From IMG/VR virus record IMGVR_UViG_3300023065_000008, positions 1-42,381 of that record: a stretch of 42,381 bases of DNA; one strand, written 5' to 3'. Both the position numbers and the translations under genes were made by a program. Shown here in pieces: positions 9,301 to 17,960 of this stretch. Each line of letters opens with the position of its first letter. Position 1 is the stretch's first letter. The DNA comes from a virus (lineage: Duplodnaviria > Caudoviricetes). The notes beneath the pieces were generated by a model. It worked only from the letters and a program-made list of their open reading frames with translations, searched no databases and was not told the origin of the DNA.

Positions 9301-11526
9301 GCTGACTGGTACCGCCTGCTTAGCCTGGTACAACTTGCCGTCAGTGCCCAGCACGGCCTGGCCCGAAACATAGGCCTTGTCCGGGTCGTACGGCATCGAA
9401 TCCGCCAGGTCGGCTATGCCCTCGATCTGCTCCTGCAGGCTGTCGGTGACCTCGCGCACCTGCTCGTCTAGCTGCTGAAGGCGATCGTTGACCGAGCCTG
9501 GCAAGCTGGGCGGCCCATCGATCAGCGCGATCTTTTCCCGCATTGCTGGAGCGAGCTGGCCGTTCTCGATCTTGTCCTTCAACGCATCGAGCATGTTCGT
9601 CACGTCAGTCGACGTGGAGGCCACCACCTTCAGGAACGCGCTGACGCCGTAGGCGTTCTTGGAGCGCACGAAGTAGGCGTAGTTGGTGGCGAAAGCCAGG
9701 CCAGTATGGGTCAGCGTCAGGCCCTGGCCAAGGTACTCTCCCTGCGTGGCCTGCGGATTGGTGGAAAAGAAGTACTCGTAGGTACCGCCGTTCAGGCCAT
9801 GCAGCGTGTTGCCAGGGATCAGCGTGATGGCGTCGATGGTGGCCTGTACCACGCACGACTCAGGGATGGGCGGGCCATCGATGTTCACGGTGATGCTGGC
9901 CTCGCCGGAGCGGGTCAGCGGGCCCAAGGCGGCAACGCTCATGGTGTAGCTGCCGGACGGCAGGCCGGACAGCGGGAGCTGAACGGCAGTCGCAGGCACC
10001 TGCTGAGCCTGCACCGCGGTCGTGCCCTGGCGCACGGTCACGGCATAGCCGATGACGGTACCCGCCGGTGGCGTCCAAGACAGCACGCCCTGTACAACCT
10101 CTGCCCCCTCCTCGGGCGACCAGGTCAGATTGGTCGGGCTGCCCAGACCACCAGCCGGCATGCTGATAAAGCCTATCGGGTTGTACGGCTGGCCCACCGC
10201 ATCATCGAAGATCGCTGGCTCATTCTGGGACACCGACACGCTGCAGCCGGTATCGGCCGCCATCGACCAGTCGGTGACGATGAACTCGCCGACGATGTTC
10301 AGGGAAGGCAGATTGACCTTCACGGAGCGGCCAGGCCGGCAGTTATAGCCTACGAAGTTCATCGGGATGCTGAGCGTGCCGCCAGCGCGCCGGCGCCGGA
10401 GCTCGATATTCGCCAGGCGCTGAGCCTGGTATGGATCGCTCACGTACGAAAACGCCAGGGTCTCGGCCGCCTCGCCGCCATCGGCTACGACCCACTCGGC
10501 CACGGAGACCTCGGGATAATCGGTCTCGGCCCATGCCTGGGACGGATCGATGAAGGTACCGCGCACGGTGTTGAGCGCCGAATCGTTGGAAGGCTCGGTG
10601 CTGCCGGTGACGGTACCGGTGACCATGTCCTCGGTAATCTCGAAGTCATACGGCCCGTAGTAGGCGCCCACCTGCAGCATCCAGCGGCCGCCGACACGGA
10701 TCAGCTTGCCACCGCAGGCGGCCTCGAGCTTCTGCATGACCTGGGTGCGCGACTCGTCGGCGCCGATCACGCAGCCTGAGTGATAGCGTGGTGATGTGGA
10801 GCCGTCCGGGTTGGCCACCGATTCGTCGCATACGCTGGCACTGTTGGCGAAGCTGGCAAACACGATCTCATCATCTGGCACGCCGCAGCGATTCCGCAGG
10901 AACCAGAGAATGTGCAGTGCGGTGTTCGCGCTGTAGCCCGTCATGCCGGTGCGGGGATCGTAGATGTCCCGGCGTCCACGGATCACGAAGCGGACATCAG
11001 GAATGCCCGAGGGGTACTTTTCGGCGCTGTACTTGAACGACAGACGAACGTAGGACAGGCCTCGCCCGATCTGGGTGTCGCGCCAATCCGGGCAGTTGGC
11101 CTGCAGGAAGGCGTTCACCTGGGCTGGATCGACGACAAGCTCATACGAGGCGTGCTCGCCATAGGCCTGGACAACTTCTTCACCGAGATAGATGTCCTCC
11201 AGGCCGTCGATAGCGCCCTCAGAAAGCACGTAGACCATGTGCAGCCATTCACCATCGGTCTGGTCGCCGGCTTGCTCCTGCCCCCAGGCCAGAACGCCGC
11301 CCGTGCTCACGCGGCCCAGCACGTACCGGGCGGCAGCCTTAGACGAGCGCAGGGTCTGGCTGGACGGCTCACTGGCACGCAGCGAACCGGTATCGAGTTT
11401 GTCCTGCTGCGACGAGACGTAGAACGCCAGCGCAGCACCTGCCAGGGCACCCCATGGGCCGCCTTGGGCGAAGCCGACCACGGCGCCGATGGCAATCTGG
11501 GCGACTTTGCTGACTGCTGAACTCAT
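6343..11526 (-). CDS. Central tail fibre / tip attachment protein (J-like), 1727 aa
   Basis: Tail-tip N-terminus, FN3-like segments, coiled coils, carbohydrate-binding-like inserts, DUF1983-like C-terminus (AQRFAIV...PFVVSNGQVFINQAVI). Confidence 0.9.
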   Translation of the reverse strand: MSSAVSKVAQIAIGAVVGFAQGGPWGALAGAALAFYVSSQQDKLDTGSLRASEPSSQTLRSSKAAARYVLGRVSTGGVLAWGQEQAGDQTDGEWLHMVYVLSEGAIDGLEDIYLGEEVVQAYGEHASYELVVDPAQVNAFLQANCPDWRDTQIGRGLSYVRLSFKYSAEKYPSGIPDVRFVIRGRRDIYDPRTGMTGYSANTALHILWFLRNRCGVPDDEIVFASFANSASVCDESVANPDGSTSPRYHSGCVIGADESRTQVMQKLEAACGGKLIRVGGRWMLQVGAYYGPYDFEITEDMVTGTVTGSTEPSNDSALNTVRGTFIDPSQAWAETDYPEVSVAEWVVADGGEAAETLAFSYVSDPYQAQRLANIELRRRRAGGTLSIPMNFVGYNCRPGRSVKVNLPSLNIVGEFIVTDWSMAADTGCSVSVSQNEPAIFDDAVGQPYNPIGFISMPAGGLGSPTNLTWSPEEGAEVVQGVLSWTPPAGTVIGYAVTVRQGTTAVQAQQVPATAVQLPLSGLPSGSYTMSVAALGPLTRSGEASITVNIDGPPIPESCVVQATIDAITLIPGNTLHGLNGGTYEYFFSTNPQATQGEYLGQGLTLTHTGLAFATNYAYFVRSKNAYGVSAFLKVVASTSTDVTNMLDALKDKIENGQLAPAMREKIALIDGPPSLPGSVNDRLQQLDEQVREVTDSLQEQIEGIADLADSMPYDPDKAYVSGQAVLGTDGKLYQAKQAVPVSNPPPNATYWTDIGQAVQTANGLAARVTTVETKVTEQEGKLTAQAERIDGVQSSLTITNQNVTAAQQAANAANTLAGGKGKVIIQSAAPATADRLAQNLWIDTTGSANTPKRWSGSAWVAVTDKAATDAAAAAASALALAQTKADASVVDSISSKVTQQGDTITSQGQALTGLSNSLTTTNQNVTAAQQAAQAAADAAGAKGKVLYQSTAPAVADRLTQNLWIDTTGNANTPKRWSGSAWVAVTDKVATDAAAAAASALTQVASKADASTVQDLSNTVSQQGSTITAQGSEITNIKASVGVLSAENLLFNPTFADGPVFSGSPGFSVLARNDASVPAGAPSPRVVKWPVATATGNTYLGFQSALNVRPPENAVTSQISVAAGEVYDFELYAYSSVARQHGLWIQFYDLEGASVGHNWVVAAGDGVRLTTVGQTWTKLTGQATVPAGCVRMAMTFRVSAGDASDVFLSSPTARKRAGQDNAQASALQSVDARVSATEGAVSSQGSAITQLNNAVAGKADNSALQALQSTVTQQGTTLTSQGQAVTQLQSTIGGIGGSGSNLLADDYSWLTSTTLPAISVNSGTAREGAAVAAADSGFGISVFSDGIAGSWVMLCPTNNLAGWNVSIEPGVYLVSMFVIASAAGQMDISLYNGSHRLSARQTQPMTRTRMVFPITVTDSARVGITVYFNRSGLANHSVVIDSVMIEKRVGESNTPSPFVAGPSARAVSGQATAISQLNTAVTQQGTAITAQANRIDGLYVQVNPEMEGDATGLAGATGSFVGVWTEQSARIEGGIATGRRVDTVQSQVEVVQGQVDGVQGQVDGVQSSVQIVSATVQQVSETVAGVDGRVSAMTTIKAETISGGRRVMAGLALGSDGQTAEILAYAQRFAIVDESSGQVTLPFVVSNGQVFINQAVINKAFIQDLVLGMTLKSQAVNAQGLPLIEINLVTGSFTVRGQDANGSTLINNGGVYVYDLNNIERTGVGRMT
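6839..6900. repeat. 21-bp in-frame tandem repeat in J (QVDGVQG heptads)
   Basis: CCATCAACCTGGCCTTGCAC at 6839 and 6860 plus a degenerate third copy. Confidence 0.8.
8413..9144. repeat. Two tandem 366-bp (122-aa) units in J
   Basis: SLTxTNQNVTAAQQAA...KGKV..QS.AP..ADRL.QNLWIDTTG.ANTPKRWSGSAWVAVTDK...KADAS occurs twice at an offset of 366 bp. Confidence 0.9.
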
Positions 11527-11927
11527 TCAATCCTCCAAACCGTCAACGGCTCACACTCGATGCGGCATACCCCATCGGGTGAAACCGACCAGAACTCATC
11601 CGCCCAGAACACCGCCACGCCCCGCCCATTCGGGCCGTCATAAAGGGCGATATCCCCACGCTGCAGCAGTCCGGGCTGAACCCGGGCAAAGCAGGCATCC
11701 CAGGCGCCCTCCAGTGAGCCGTGCAGCTTCTTCAGCAGGCGCTTGGCGCCAGCCTCCGAGGAATACTTGCCCCGGTATGCTTCGGCAGGATCAACCCCGC
11801 ACACCGCCACGGCGCAGTCGGCGGCAAACAGGCAGCAGTCGAACTCACCCCATGAAAAAGGCCGCTCTATGGCGGCCTTGATGGTGTGGGCAAGCTGCGT
11901 CGTCCAATCGCGCTTTCGCATGGTCAC
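11523..11927 (-). CDS. Tail-associated NlpC/P60-like protein (DUF6950-type)
   Basis: PFSWGEFDCCLFAAD and QRGDI motifs; directly upstream of J. Confidence 0.75.
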   Translation of the reverse strand: MTMRKRDWTTQLAHTIKAAIERPFSWGEFDCCLFAADCAVAVCGVDPAEAYRGKYSSEAGAKRLLKKLHGSLEGAWDACFARVQPGLLQRGDIALYDGPNGRGVAVFWADEFWSVSPDGVCRIECEPLTVWRIE

Positions 11928-12529
11928 TTCTCGTAGGTGAACTTCGGGGCGTCCTTGGAGGCGCCCCAGTAGATGGGCCAGTCGGCAATTTGTGCGATCG
12001 CGAAGAAGAACCGGTCATCCTGCCGACGCGCGCGGTGGTTTTCGTCAGTCCACCGCTCGGTGCCGGTGCGGTTCCATTCGGCCATGCGATCAATTAGCGG
12101 GACCGTGATGCTGTTGCCCTCCTCACCGTTGCCGGCGTAGGAGAACTTGGCGGCATCCATCCGACCGCTGAACAGGATGTCGGCGGCGTAGGTGCCGTCC
12201 TCGGCGAATACCACGAACATGAGTTTGCCGGCCCGACCTCGACAGCCCTTCAGCGAGGTTTCGGTGATGATCTGGGTATCCAGGCCGTTCAACGTCAGGT
12301 CAATCGACATCGGCGAGCCTGAGTTGCTGCTTTCCTGCGACTGGCCAACGGCGCCGAAGCTGCCGACGCCCTGGTAAGTGATGCCGTCGATGACCAGGTC
12401 GCCGGTACCGGTGTGCGCGAAGACCATGCCATCAGGGAAATCGAGCTGGCAGGCATACACCGCCATGAAATTACCCCTGGCAATGATGTCGACCACCGTT
12501 TGGCTGAATGGGAAAACGCCTGTGGCCAT
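11924..12529 (-). CDS. Minor tail / hub protein
   Basis: HTGTGDL..DG.TY.G.G, LFSGRMD motifs; position in tail-tip module. Confidence 0.75.
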   Translation of the reverse strand: MATGVFPFSQTVVDIIARGNFMAVYACQLDFPDGMVFAHTGTGDLVIDGITYQGVGSFGAVGQSQESSNSGSPMSIDLTLNGLDTQIITETSLKGCRGRAGKLMFVVFAEDGTYAADILFSGRMDAAKFSYAGNGEEGNSITVPLIDRMAEWNRTGTERWTDENHRARRQDDRFFFAIAQIADWPIYWGASKDAPKFTYEK

Positions 12530-13113
12530 CAGAAGGCCTCCCGAAACTGGAAGCTACCGTTTGACACCACCGGCTGGATGCTCCATTGATTGGTGTCATC
12601 CATGCGCCGCATCTCACAGTAGGGGTTCTTGTACTCGACCGGTGTGCCGGCGGGGATGGCCTTTCGAACGCGCTTGTTCACGTAGACCAGGGCCTTGCCG
12701 GCGGCGTCGGTGGCGGCATGCTCAACCACCTCGAACATTTCTCCGCTGATGGTGATGTGGTCGCCGCGGCTGAACACCTGGCGGCTTGCCGTCATGCCCT
12801 GCAGCTGCAGAAATGTCGACTGGGCATTGGCCGAGGCCACGGTCGGGGCACCAATGTTGTCGGTGCGGGTCCGAGTGATCGATGGGACCTTTACCGTGCC
12901 GAACATGCCGTGCAGGCGGCCTAAGAGCGATGTCAGCTCGCGCTCGTCCTCCTCGTAGAGCACACCGAAGTTCAGCGTGCACATCCAGTATGAGCCTGGC
13001 TGCGCCACGATCTGCTGGGAATTCGACAGCGACGAGGTAAACGCCCGGTTGTTGTAGACGATCCCCCAAGTCACCTCAGTGGGCTCCAGGGATTCCGGCC
13101 ATTCCTCCGCCAT
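12529..13113 (-). CDS. Distal tail protein
   Basis: Directly after TMP; WP..L.P start and F.EAF end. Confidence 0.7.
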   Translation of the reverse strand: MAEEWPESLEPTEVTWGIVYNNRAFTSSLSNSQQIVAQPGSYWMCTLNFGVLYEEDERELTSLLGRLHGMFGTVKVPSITRTRTDNIGAPTVASANAQSTFLQLQGMTASRQVFSRGDHITISGEMFEVVEHAATDAAGKALVYVNKRVRKAIPAGTPVEYKNPYCEMRRMDDTNQWSIQPVVSNGSFQFREAF

Positions 13114-13127
13114 TGGATAGCTCCAAG

Positions 13128-13149
13128 AAAAAGCCCGCCGAAGCGGGCT
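13128..13149 (-). terminator. Intrinsic terminator after TMP
   Basis: AGCCCGC-TTCG-GCGGGCT followed by TTTT on the minus strand. Confidence 0.7.
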
Positions 13150-13156
13150 GGATCAA

Positions 13157-16100
13157 TCATCTGCGCTCGAGCAACTGCCTCGCCGCGCCGTTCGTTTTAA
13201 AGTCTCGAAGCAATAGCTGGTAACCACCCTGGGCGCCATCCAGGGTTGCCTTTTGGATATCCTCTTTAGACAGGGCGCCCGTCCCGCCGCTGAAGTGGAG
13301 ATGCTGGGTGATTCCACCGAAGCTCACGGAGGACTCTCCACCGCTGCCGCCAGCGCCGGCGGCCATAACACCGAGCGAACCATCAGGCCCACGATGCAGC
13401 GGCAGGATTGCCTCTGGCCCGGCCTCAGCGAAAACGCCGGCGCCCTTGGCGAAGGCGAACAGCTGTGGGCTGTCGTACACCTGGCCCGAATAGGCCGACA
13501 GGCTTGGCGAGTCATACACACCGCCCTTGGCATTCTTCACGAATGAACCTTCGCTGAACCCGCTCATGGTGCCCTGCCCAAGCGCCGAACTTCCGCCACC
13601 AAGGAAACCGAATGCCGAGCTCAGGAAGCCGGCCGCGGCCTGGCGCACCTGGATGCGGATCAGGTCCTCGATGATCGCGTCCGCGAAGTCTTTGAACGAC
13701 GCCTTTCCGGTCTTGATGAACTGGACAATGCCATCTTCAAGGTTGCTGAACGCATTGGTGAATAGTTCCTGCGTTTGGCCGGCCACATCGGCGGCACTGT
13801 CGAGGTAATTCTCCAGAGCTGCCGTAGCACCATTCGACCAGCTCGACTGAGCCTCATCGACCCGCTGGAAGTAATTTTGCTGAGCCGCTAGGCGCTTGTT
13901 GAGTTCGTCGGCGAGCACCTGCGTCTCTTGCTGGTACAGCTCCGGGCTGATCTGCCCGGTGTTGCGTTGCTCGTTCAGCTCATTGAGGTCTTCAACGTAC
14001 TTCTGGCGCAACGCCAGGTCCGCCCGCATTCGGTCGCGAGCCTTGTCACCCCGGCCAAGGCCAGCAAGCTCTTGATCGTAGCCATTGATCGCGGTTTGGG
14101 TTCCGGTAGCCTGCGCCGCCTTGAACGCGCTGAGCTTCAGAGCATCCTCGTTGGCTTTCTTGATCTTGTTCAGCGCGTCCAGCTCGGCGGCTAGCCCAAG
14201 TAAGCGCTTCTGCTGGGCCTGGGACAGGGTCCCGAGCTTGCCTTCCTGCAGCTCGAAGGACAACTTCGCGACTTCGGTCGCATCCTTCTGCTTGTCACCG
14301 GTCGTATTGATCAGCTGTATTTGCCGCTTGTAGCCTTCCTCGGTGGACTCGAAGTCTTTGACTTGCTTTTTGGCGGACTGATCAGCCTCGGATGCCCCTT
14401 TGCGCCGTGCTTTAGTGGCATCGTCATCCGCTTTCTTCTGCGCATCTCGCGCCGCAGCCACCGAAAGGATCGCGGCTTTCTCACCCTCCGTCAGCTCTGT
14501 CCTTTCCGCGATGTAGCGCTTCGCAGCGTCCGTATTGGTTTTGTCCTGAGCTGAAGCCAGCTGCTTCAGCTGCTGATCGAGATACTTCTGAGTTTCCTGA
14601 GCAGCGGTGGCTCTGGCCGCGGCATTCTCTCTCTCGGCTTTCGTATTGGCGTCTGTCTCACCGGTAAGCTCAGCCATGGCCTGCTTCAGGCGGCCGATAA
14701 CCTCTGCCTTCTCGGTCGCGGCCCCACCACTTTCTTCAAGGGCGTTGGCCATTTCAGCAGTGACGCCGGGGACTTCCCTGATTTGATCGGCTACTGACTT
14801 CCAGTCGACTGCTATCCCGGCAGCCTGTTCGGCTGATGCCTTTTTTACGACATCCATCGCCGCTTGGAACTCGGCCGGCAATGGAGCTATGCCACCAATG
14901 AATCCAGAAGCGCCAGCCAACCCCGCGTTCGTTAGGCTGCTCTGGAACTCGAACGCAATCGACCCAGCCGCGGTTGTCAGCTCGCTCTCTGCATCCTCAA
15001 TCGATGCTTTGAGCTCCCGGAGAGTTACCGACTGAGTAGCACGATTTAGCTTGTTGAATCGCTCAACCAGCTGGTCTATCGGGTCGCTGAGGTCTCCTAG
15101 CTTCTCCTCAAGGAGGCTTGTGTTGTCGCGTAAAGTGAGAAACGCCGTTGCAGCGCCGATAGCCAGGGTTGCGATTCCAGCGGGACCGCCAAGAATACCC
15201 CGTAGAGTCAGGGATGCCCGGCTCAGTGTCGTCTGTGCTGCAGCAACTGCATTCGTAGCCCGAGTTTCGAGCATTCTCGCCTCAGCGAGTTGCAGCGACA
15301 TCTGGGTTTGAACAGCGGTACCGCGGGCAGCAATAGCTTCCTTCTCAGCCAGGAATACCGCTGTTTGGGCCTTCTGCTGCTCAGCCTGCGCTGCCAGCAA
15401 CACAGCGCTTGCTTGAGCCTTCCTCGCAATGGCATCTGATACAGCGCTTTTGGTTGCCGCGACTGACGCAGCTGCACTACCTACAAGAGTTCGCGCGAAG
15501 CCGGCGAGCGCTCCAACTGCAACTACTCCGGCGATATTTGCTAACGACTCGAAGTTGTCTCCTATAGCGCTGATGCCTTGGGATAAAACCCCTGTGAAGT
15601 CTGTTGCTTCGTTGAGTCGACCAATGTAGACCGAGAAAGCATTGCTGAGGTTCTGCAACGCATCGCGCACTGCCACGCCCATACTGTCGGCAAGCTCGCC
15701 GTTCGCTTGGGCCGACTTCTGCAAACCTTCAGTGAGTATGTCCAGGTTGAGTTTGCCATCTGCGCCAAGGGAACGGATCTCTTCGCCGCTCTTGCCAGTG
15801 GCCTTCGCAAGCGTGTCTACGATGGTTGGCATCGCCGCTAGGATCGACTGCCAACCATCGGCCTCGACCTTGCCGGTCTGCAGCGCTTTGGAATATGCAT
15901 CAATTGCAGAGGCCGCTTTGTCAGTGCTGGCCGAGTTGGTCACAAGCAGGAAGCTGAAACTGTCCATCACATCCAGCGCTTCGCTTGTGTTGTACCCCAT
16001 GGACTTGAGGCTGTCAGCCGTCCGAATGTATAGCTCTTGCGCTTCGCTCAACGGGCGATAGGTGCGCTTGGCAGTCTCCAGCAGCCTCTCTTGCACAAGG

Positions 16101-16411
16101 TTGTATTCAGCAAAACCAGAAGTCGCGAGCGCCATGCGGTCCGACATCTGCGAGTATGAGTCAGCGACATCTATGATGGATCGGACCGACGCTGCCCCAA
16201 CTGCCACCCCAAGGGCAGTCTTGATCAGAGCTCCAGCGCTCTGTGCGCTTTCCGCCGCTCTATCGAACCCCTCATCGATTCGAGCCAGGCTCCGGTCTAT
16301 CGCGGCCGCCCCCTGAGCAACAGTTGAATCCGCCCTTGCAATTTCAGATCGCAGCTGAGCGGTCGTCGCCTCAATACGAACAAGCATTCCTTGTACGTCA
16401 GAATCTGCCAT
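13157..16411 (-). CDS. Tail tape measure protein, 1084 aa
   Basis: Long Ala-rich helical protein, tape-measure N-terminal region, lambda-type C-terminus (NAKGGVY...FAKGAGVFAEAGPEAILPL.RG.DG.LGV). Confidence 0.93.
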   Translation of the reverse strand: MADSDVQGMLVRIEATTAQLRSEIARADSTVAQGAAAIDRSLARIDEGFDRAAESAQSAGALIKTALGVAVGAASVRSIIDVADSYSQMSDRMALATSGFAEYNLVQERLLETAKRTYRPLSEAQELYIRTADSLKSMGYNTSEALDVMDSFSFLLVTNSASTDKAASAIDAYSKALQTGKVEADGWQSILAAMPTIVDTLAKATGKSGEEIRSLGADGKLNLDILTEGLQKSAQANGELADSMGVAVRDALQNLSNAFSVYIGRLNEATDFTGVLSQGISAIGDNFESLANIAGVVAVGALAGFARTLVGSAAASVAATKSAVSDAIARKAQASAVLLAAQAEQQKAQTAVFLAEKEAIAARGTAVQTQMSLQLAEARMLETRATNAVAAAQTTLSRASLTLRGILGGPAGIATLAIGAATAFLTLRDNTSLLEEKLGDLSDPIDQLVERFNKLNRATQSVTLRELKASIEDAESELTTAAGSIAFEFQSSLTNAGLAGASGFIGGIAPLPAEFQAAMDVVKKASAEQAAGIAVDWKSVADQIREVPGVTAEMANALEESGGAATEKAEVIGRLKQAMAELTGETDANTKAERENAAARATAAQETQKYLDQQLKQLASAQDKTNTDAAKRYIAERTELTEGEKAAILSVAAARDAQKKADDDATKARRKGASEADQSAKKQVKDFESTEEGYKRQIQLINTTGDKQKDATEVAKLSFELQEGKLGTLSQAQQKRLLGLAAELDALNKIKKANEDALKLSAFKAAQATGTQTAINGYDQELAGLGRGDKARDRMRADLALRQKYVEDLNELNEQRNTGQISPELYQQETQVLADELNKRLAAQQNYFQRVDEAQSSWSNGATAALENYLDSAADVAGQTQELFTNAFSNLEDGIVQFIKTGKASFKDFADAIIEDLIRIQVRQAAAGFLSSAFGFLGGGSSALGQGTMSGFSEGSFVKNAKGGVYDSPSLSAYSGQVYDSPQLFAFAKGAGVFAEAGPEAILPLHRGPDGSLGVMAAGAGGSGGESSVSFGGITQHLHFSGGTGALSKEDIQKATLDGAQGGYQLLLRDFKTNGAARQLLERR

Positions 16412-16425
16412 GCCAATCTCCGGGC

Positions 16426-16451
16426 AAAAAAAAGCTCAGCATCGCTGAGCT
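16426..16451 (-). terminator. Intrinsic terminator closing the moron before TMP
   Basis: AGCTCAGC-gat-GCTGAGCT followed by a T-run on the minus strand. Confidence 0.75.
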
Positions 16452-16472
16452 CACAAACATTGATGATCGCTG

Positions 16473-16730
16473 TCACTCAGGCCTTTTATTGGCTCTGTTA
16501 GCGGCATCAGTAAGCTTCTTCACTCTCTTTTCATAGCGCTTTTGCTGCTTCTCCGGATCATAAACATGGCGCAGAAGGAGGGTGGCAAGCCCCAGTAGTA
16601 GGGCGACTAAAACACAGAGAACGACAAGCGCAGCGCCTCCGGAGACAACGACTGCCGCGATTAGCCCAAGCATCCAGGGTGCTAGCAGGCCAATGATTAC
16701 AAGAAGCGCCAATAGAATAAGTAGCTGCAT
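16473..16730 (-). CDS. Small membrane moron (85 aa, hydrophobic N-terminal 2/3, basic tail); possible superinfection exclusion
   Basis: MQLLILLALLVIIGLLAPW...; own terminator; lies between tail chaperone and TMP genes. Confidence 0.7.
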   Translation of the reverse strand: MQLLILLALLVIIGLLAPWMLGLIAAVVVSGGAALVVLCVLVALLLGLATLLLRHVYDPEKQQKRYEKRVKKLTDAANRANKRPE

Positions 16731-16780
16731 GGGTCCATCCCCTATCGATATCGGGGAACAGGATACCTCCCGACGCCCAC

Positions 16781-17059
16781 TCAAGCAGCTTTTCTGCCCG
16801 TCAGCGCCTGCCGGAGCTTGTCGGCAACGGTGGAGGGCTTCGGCTTTTCCTGCTGGGTCGTCTTTTTACCGCTACCGAACGGATTGGTCATCTGCACCCA
16901 CTCGAGCCTGGCGTCCATTGCCATAAACAGCTCCGGCAGCGGGGTGATCCAAGCCACGTCGGGCGTCCAGCCCAGCCACCCGGTGGCGATTGCATACAGC
17001 CGGTCGACGTAGCTGCCGTCCTCGACGACGCTTACACCGTCCCGGCTTGGTCGTTTCCC
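16781..17059 (-). CDS. Tail assembly chaperone T segment (-1 frame extension of G)
   Basis: The -1 frame after G-GGA-AAC reads KRPSRDGVSVVEDGSYVDRLYAIATGWLGWTPDVAWITPLPELFMAMDAR...RKAA*; absent from the ORF track. Confidence 0.8.
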   Translation of the reverse strand, partial: GKRPSRDGVSVVEDGSYVDRLYAIATGWLGWTPDVAWITPLPELFMAMDARLEWVQMTNPFGSGKKTTQQEKPKPSTVADKLRQALTGRKAA

Positions 17060-17364
17060 TCGGCAACAGTTCCGCGGGGGTTGTAGAGCGCCAGAAGGTA
17101 TTTATTCAGCTGAACCGATACCTCAACTACGCCGGCCTGCCAAACTTTCTCAGAAATTGCCTCAGCTGCTTTTCCTTCGAGGCCTGCGCCGGCAGCCAGG
17201 ATAATCGCGCATCCTTCCACGCTCACCGCGTTGATGGTTTGCGAGGCGCCGCGCAGTCCGCCTAGACGGCTCTCGATTGCACGTACAGCCTTCAGGGTGG
17301 GCTGGAGGGTGAACTCCTCGTCTCCCAATTTCACTATCACGGTACCGTGCAGAGTGTTGTTCAT
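17032..17364 (-). CDS. Tail assembly chaperone G
   Basis: 110 aa after the major tail protein; ends with slippery GGGAAAC. Confidence 0.8.
   Translation of the reverse strand: MNNTLHGTVIVKLGDEEFTLQPTLKAVRAIESRLGGLRGASQTINAVSVEGCAIILAAGAGLEGKAAEAISEKVWQAGVVEVSVQLNKYLLALYNPRGTVAEGNDQAGTV
17053..17059 (-). other. Programmed -1 ribosomal frameshift site GGGAAAC
   Basis: X-XXY-YYZ heptamer in the correct phase (GAG GGA AAC) 7 codons before the G stop. Confidence 0.8.
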
Positions 17365-17404
17365 CGTTCAATCCTATGAGGCCGGGGCCGAAACCCCGGC
17401 GCGG

Positions 17405-17905
17405 TTATGGGGTGACCGGTGCTGGCAGCAGCTCGAGGATGTCCGAGTTGATGCCGATGGTGACGTTGCGGCGCACGACGTTGTCAGCAGCACCAGGCGC
17501 GACGGTGTTGTTCATCACCTTGCCACGCATGTAGAACGTGGTCGGCTTGATCACCGGCGAAGCATCTGGATCACCATCGTTGAGGGTGATCTTGATGTTG
17601 TAGTCGCCTTTGCTGCGGTCCTTGTGAGCGGTCTTGACGGCGTTCTGGCCGGCGTCACCGTTGTCGAGGCCTACCGTGAGCGTCAGGTCACCGGCATCGG
17701 CGGTGCCCTTGTACTTGCGCACCCGGCCATCCTTGAGCGAGGTGAAGGTCACGCTGCTGAAGGTATCGCCGAACTCGCCCAGGTCTTCAATTTCACCGAC
17801 TTCCACGTAGGTGTCGGCCTCGTACTCGGTCTGGGTGTCGGCGCCGGTCTTGCCGCCAATGGAGAAGCGGCAGCCGGCGGCTGTATTGAGGTTGTCGTCG
17901 GCCAT
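17405..17905 (-). CDS. Major tail tube protein
   Basis: YVEVGEIEDLGEFGD...RVRKYKGTADAG; gene order. Confidence 0.85.
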   Translation of the reverse strand: MADDNLNTAAGCRFSIGGKTGADTQTEYEADTYVEVGEIEDLGEFGDTFSSVTFTSLKDGRVRKYKGTADAGDLTLTVGLDNGDAGQNAVKTAHKDRSKGDYNIKITLNDGDPDASPVIKPTTFYMRGKVMNNTVAPGAADNVVRRNVTIGINSDILELLPAPVTP

Positions 17906-17960
17906 GGGGGTTCCTCCAAAGGCACATTGGATAAAAGCCGCTGCGCGGCCCGTGGGTAAT

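Noticed and set aside
8440-10779. 343-aa and 357-aa plus-strand ORFs
   Set aside because: Antisense shadows of the J gene with no RBS or domain features
4148-11526. Diversity-generating retroelement or invertible tail-fibre cassette
   Set aside because: No reverse transcriptase or invertase nearby; the 366-bp repeats are both in frame and differ mostly at synonymous sites, not specifically at adenines; no flanking inverted sites seen
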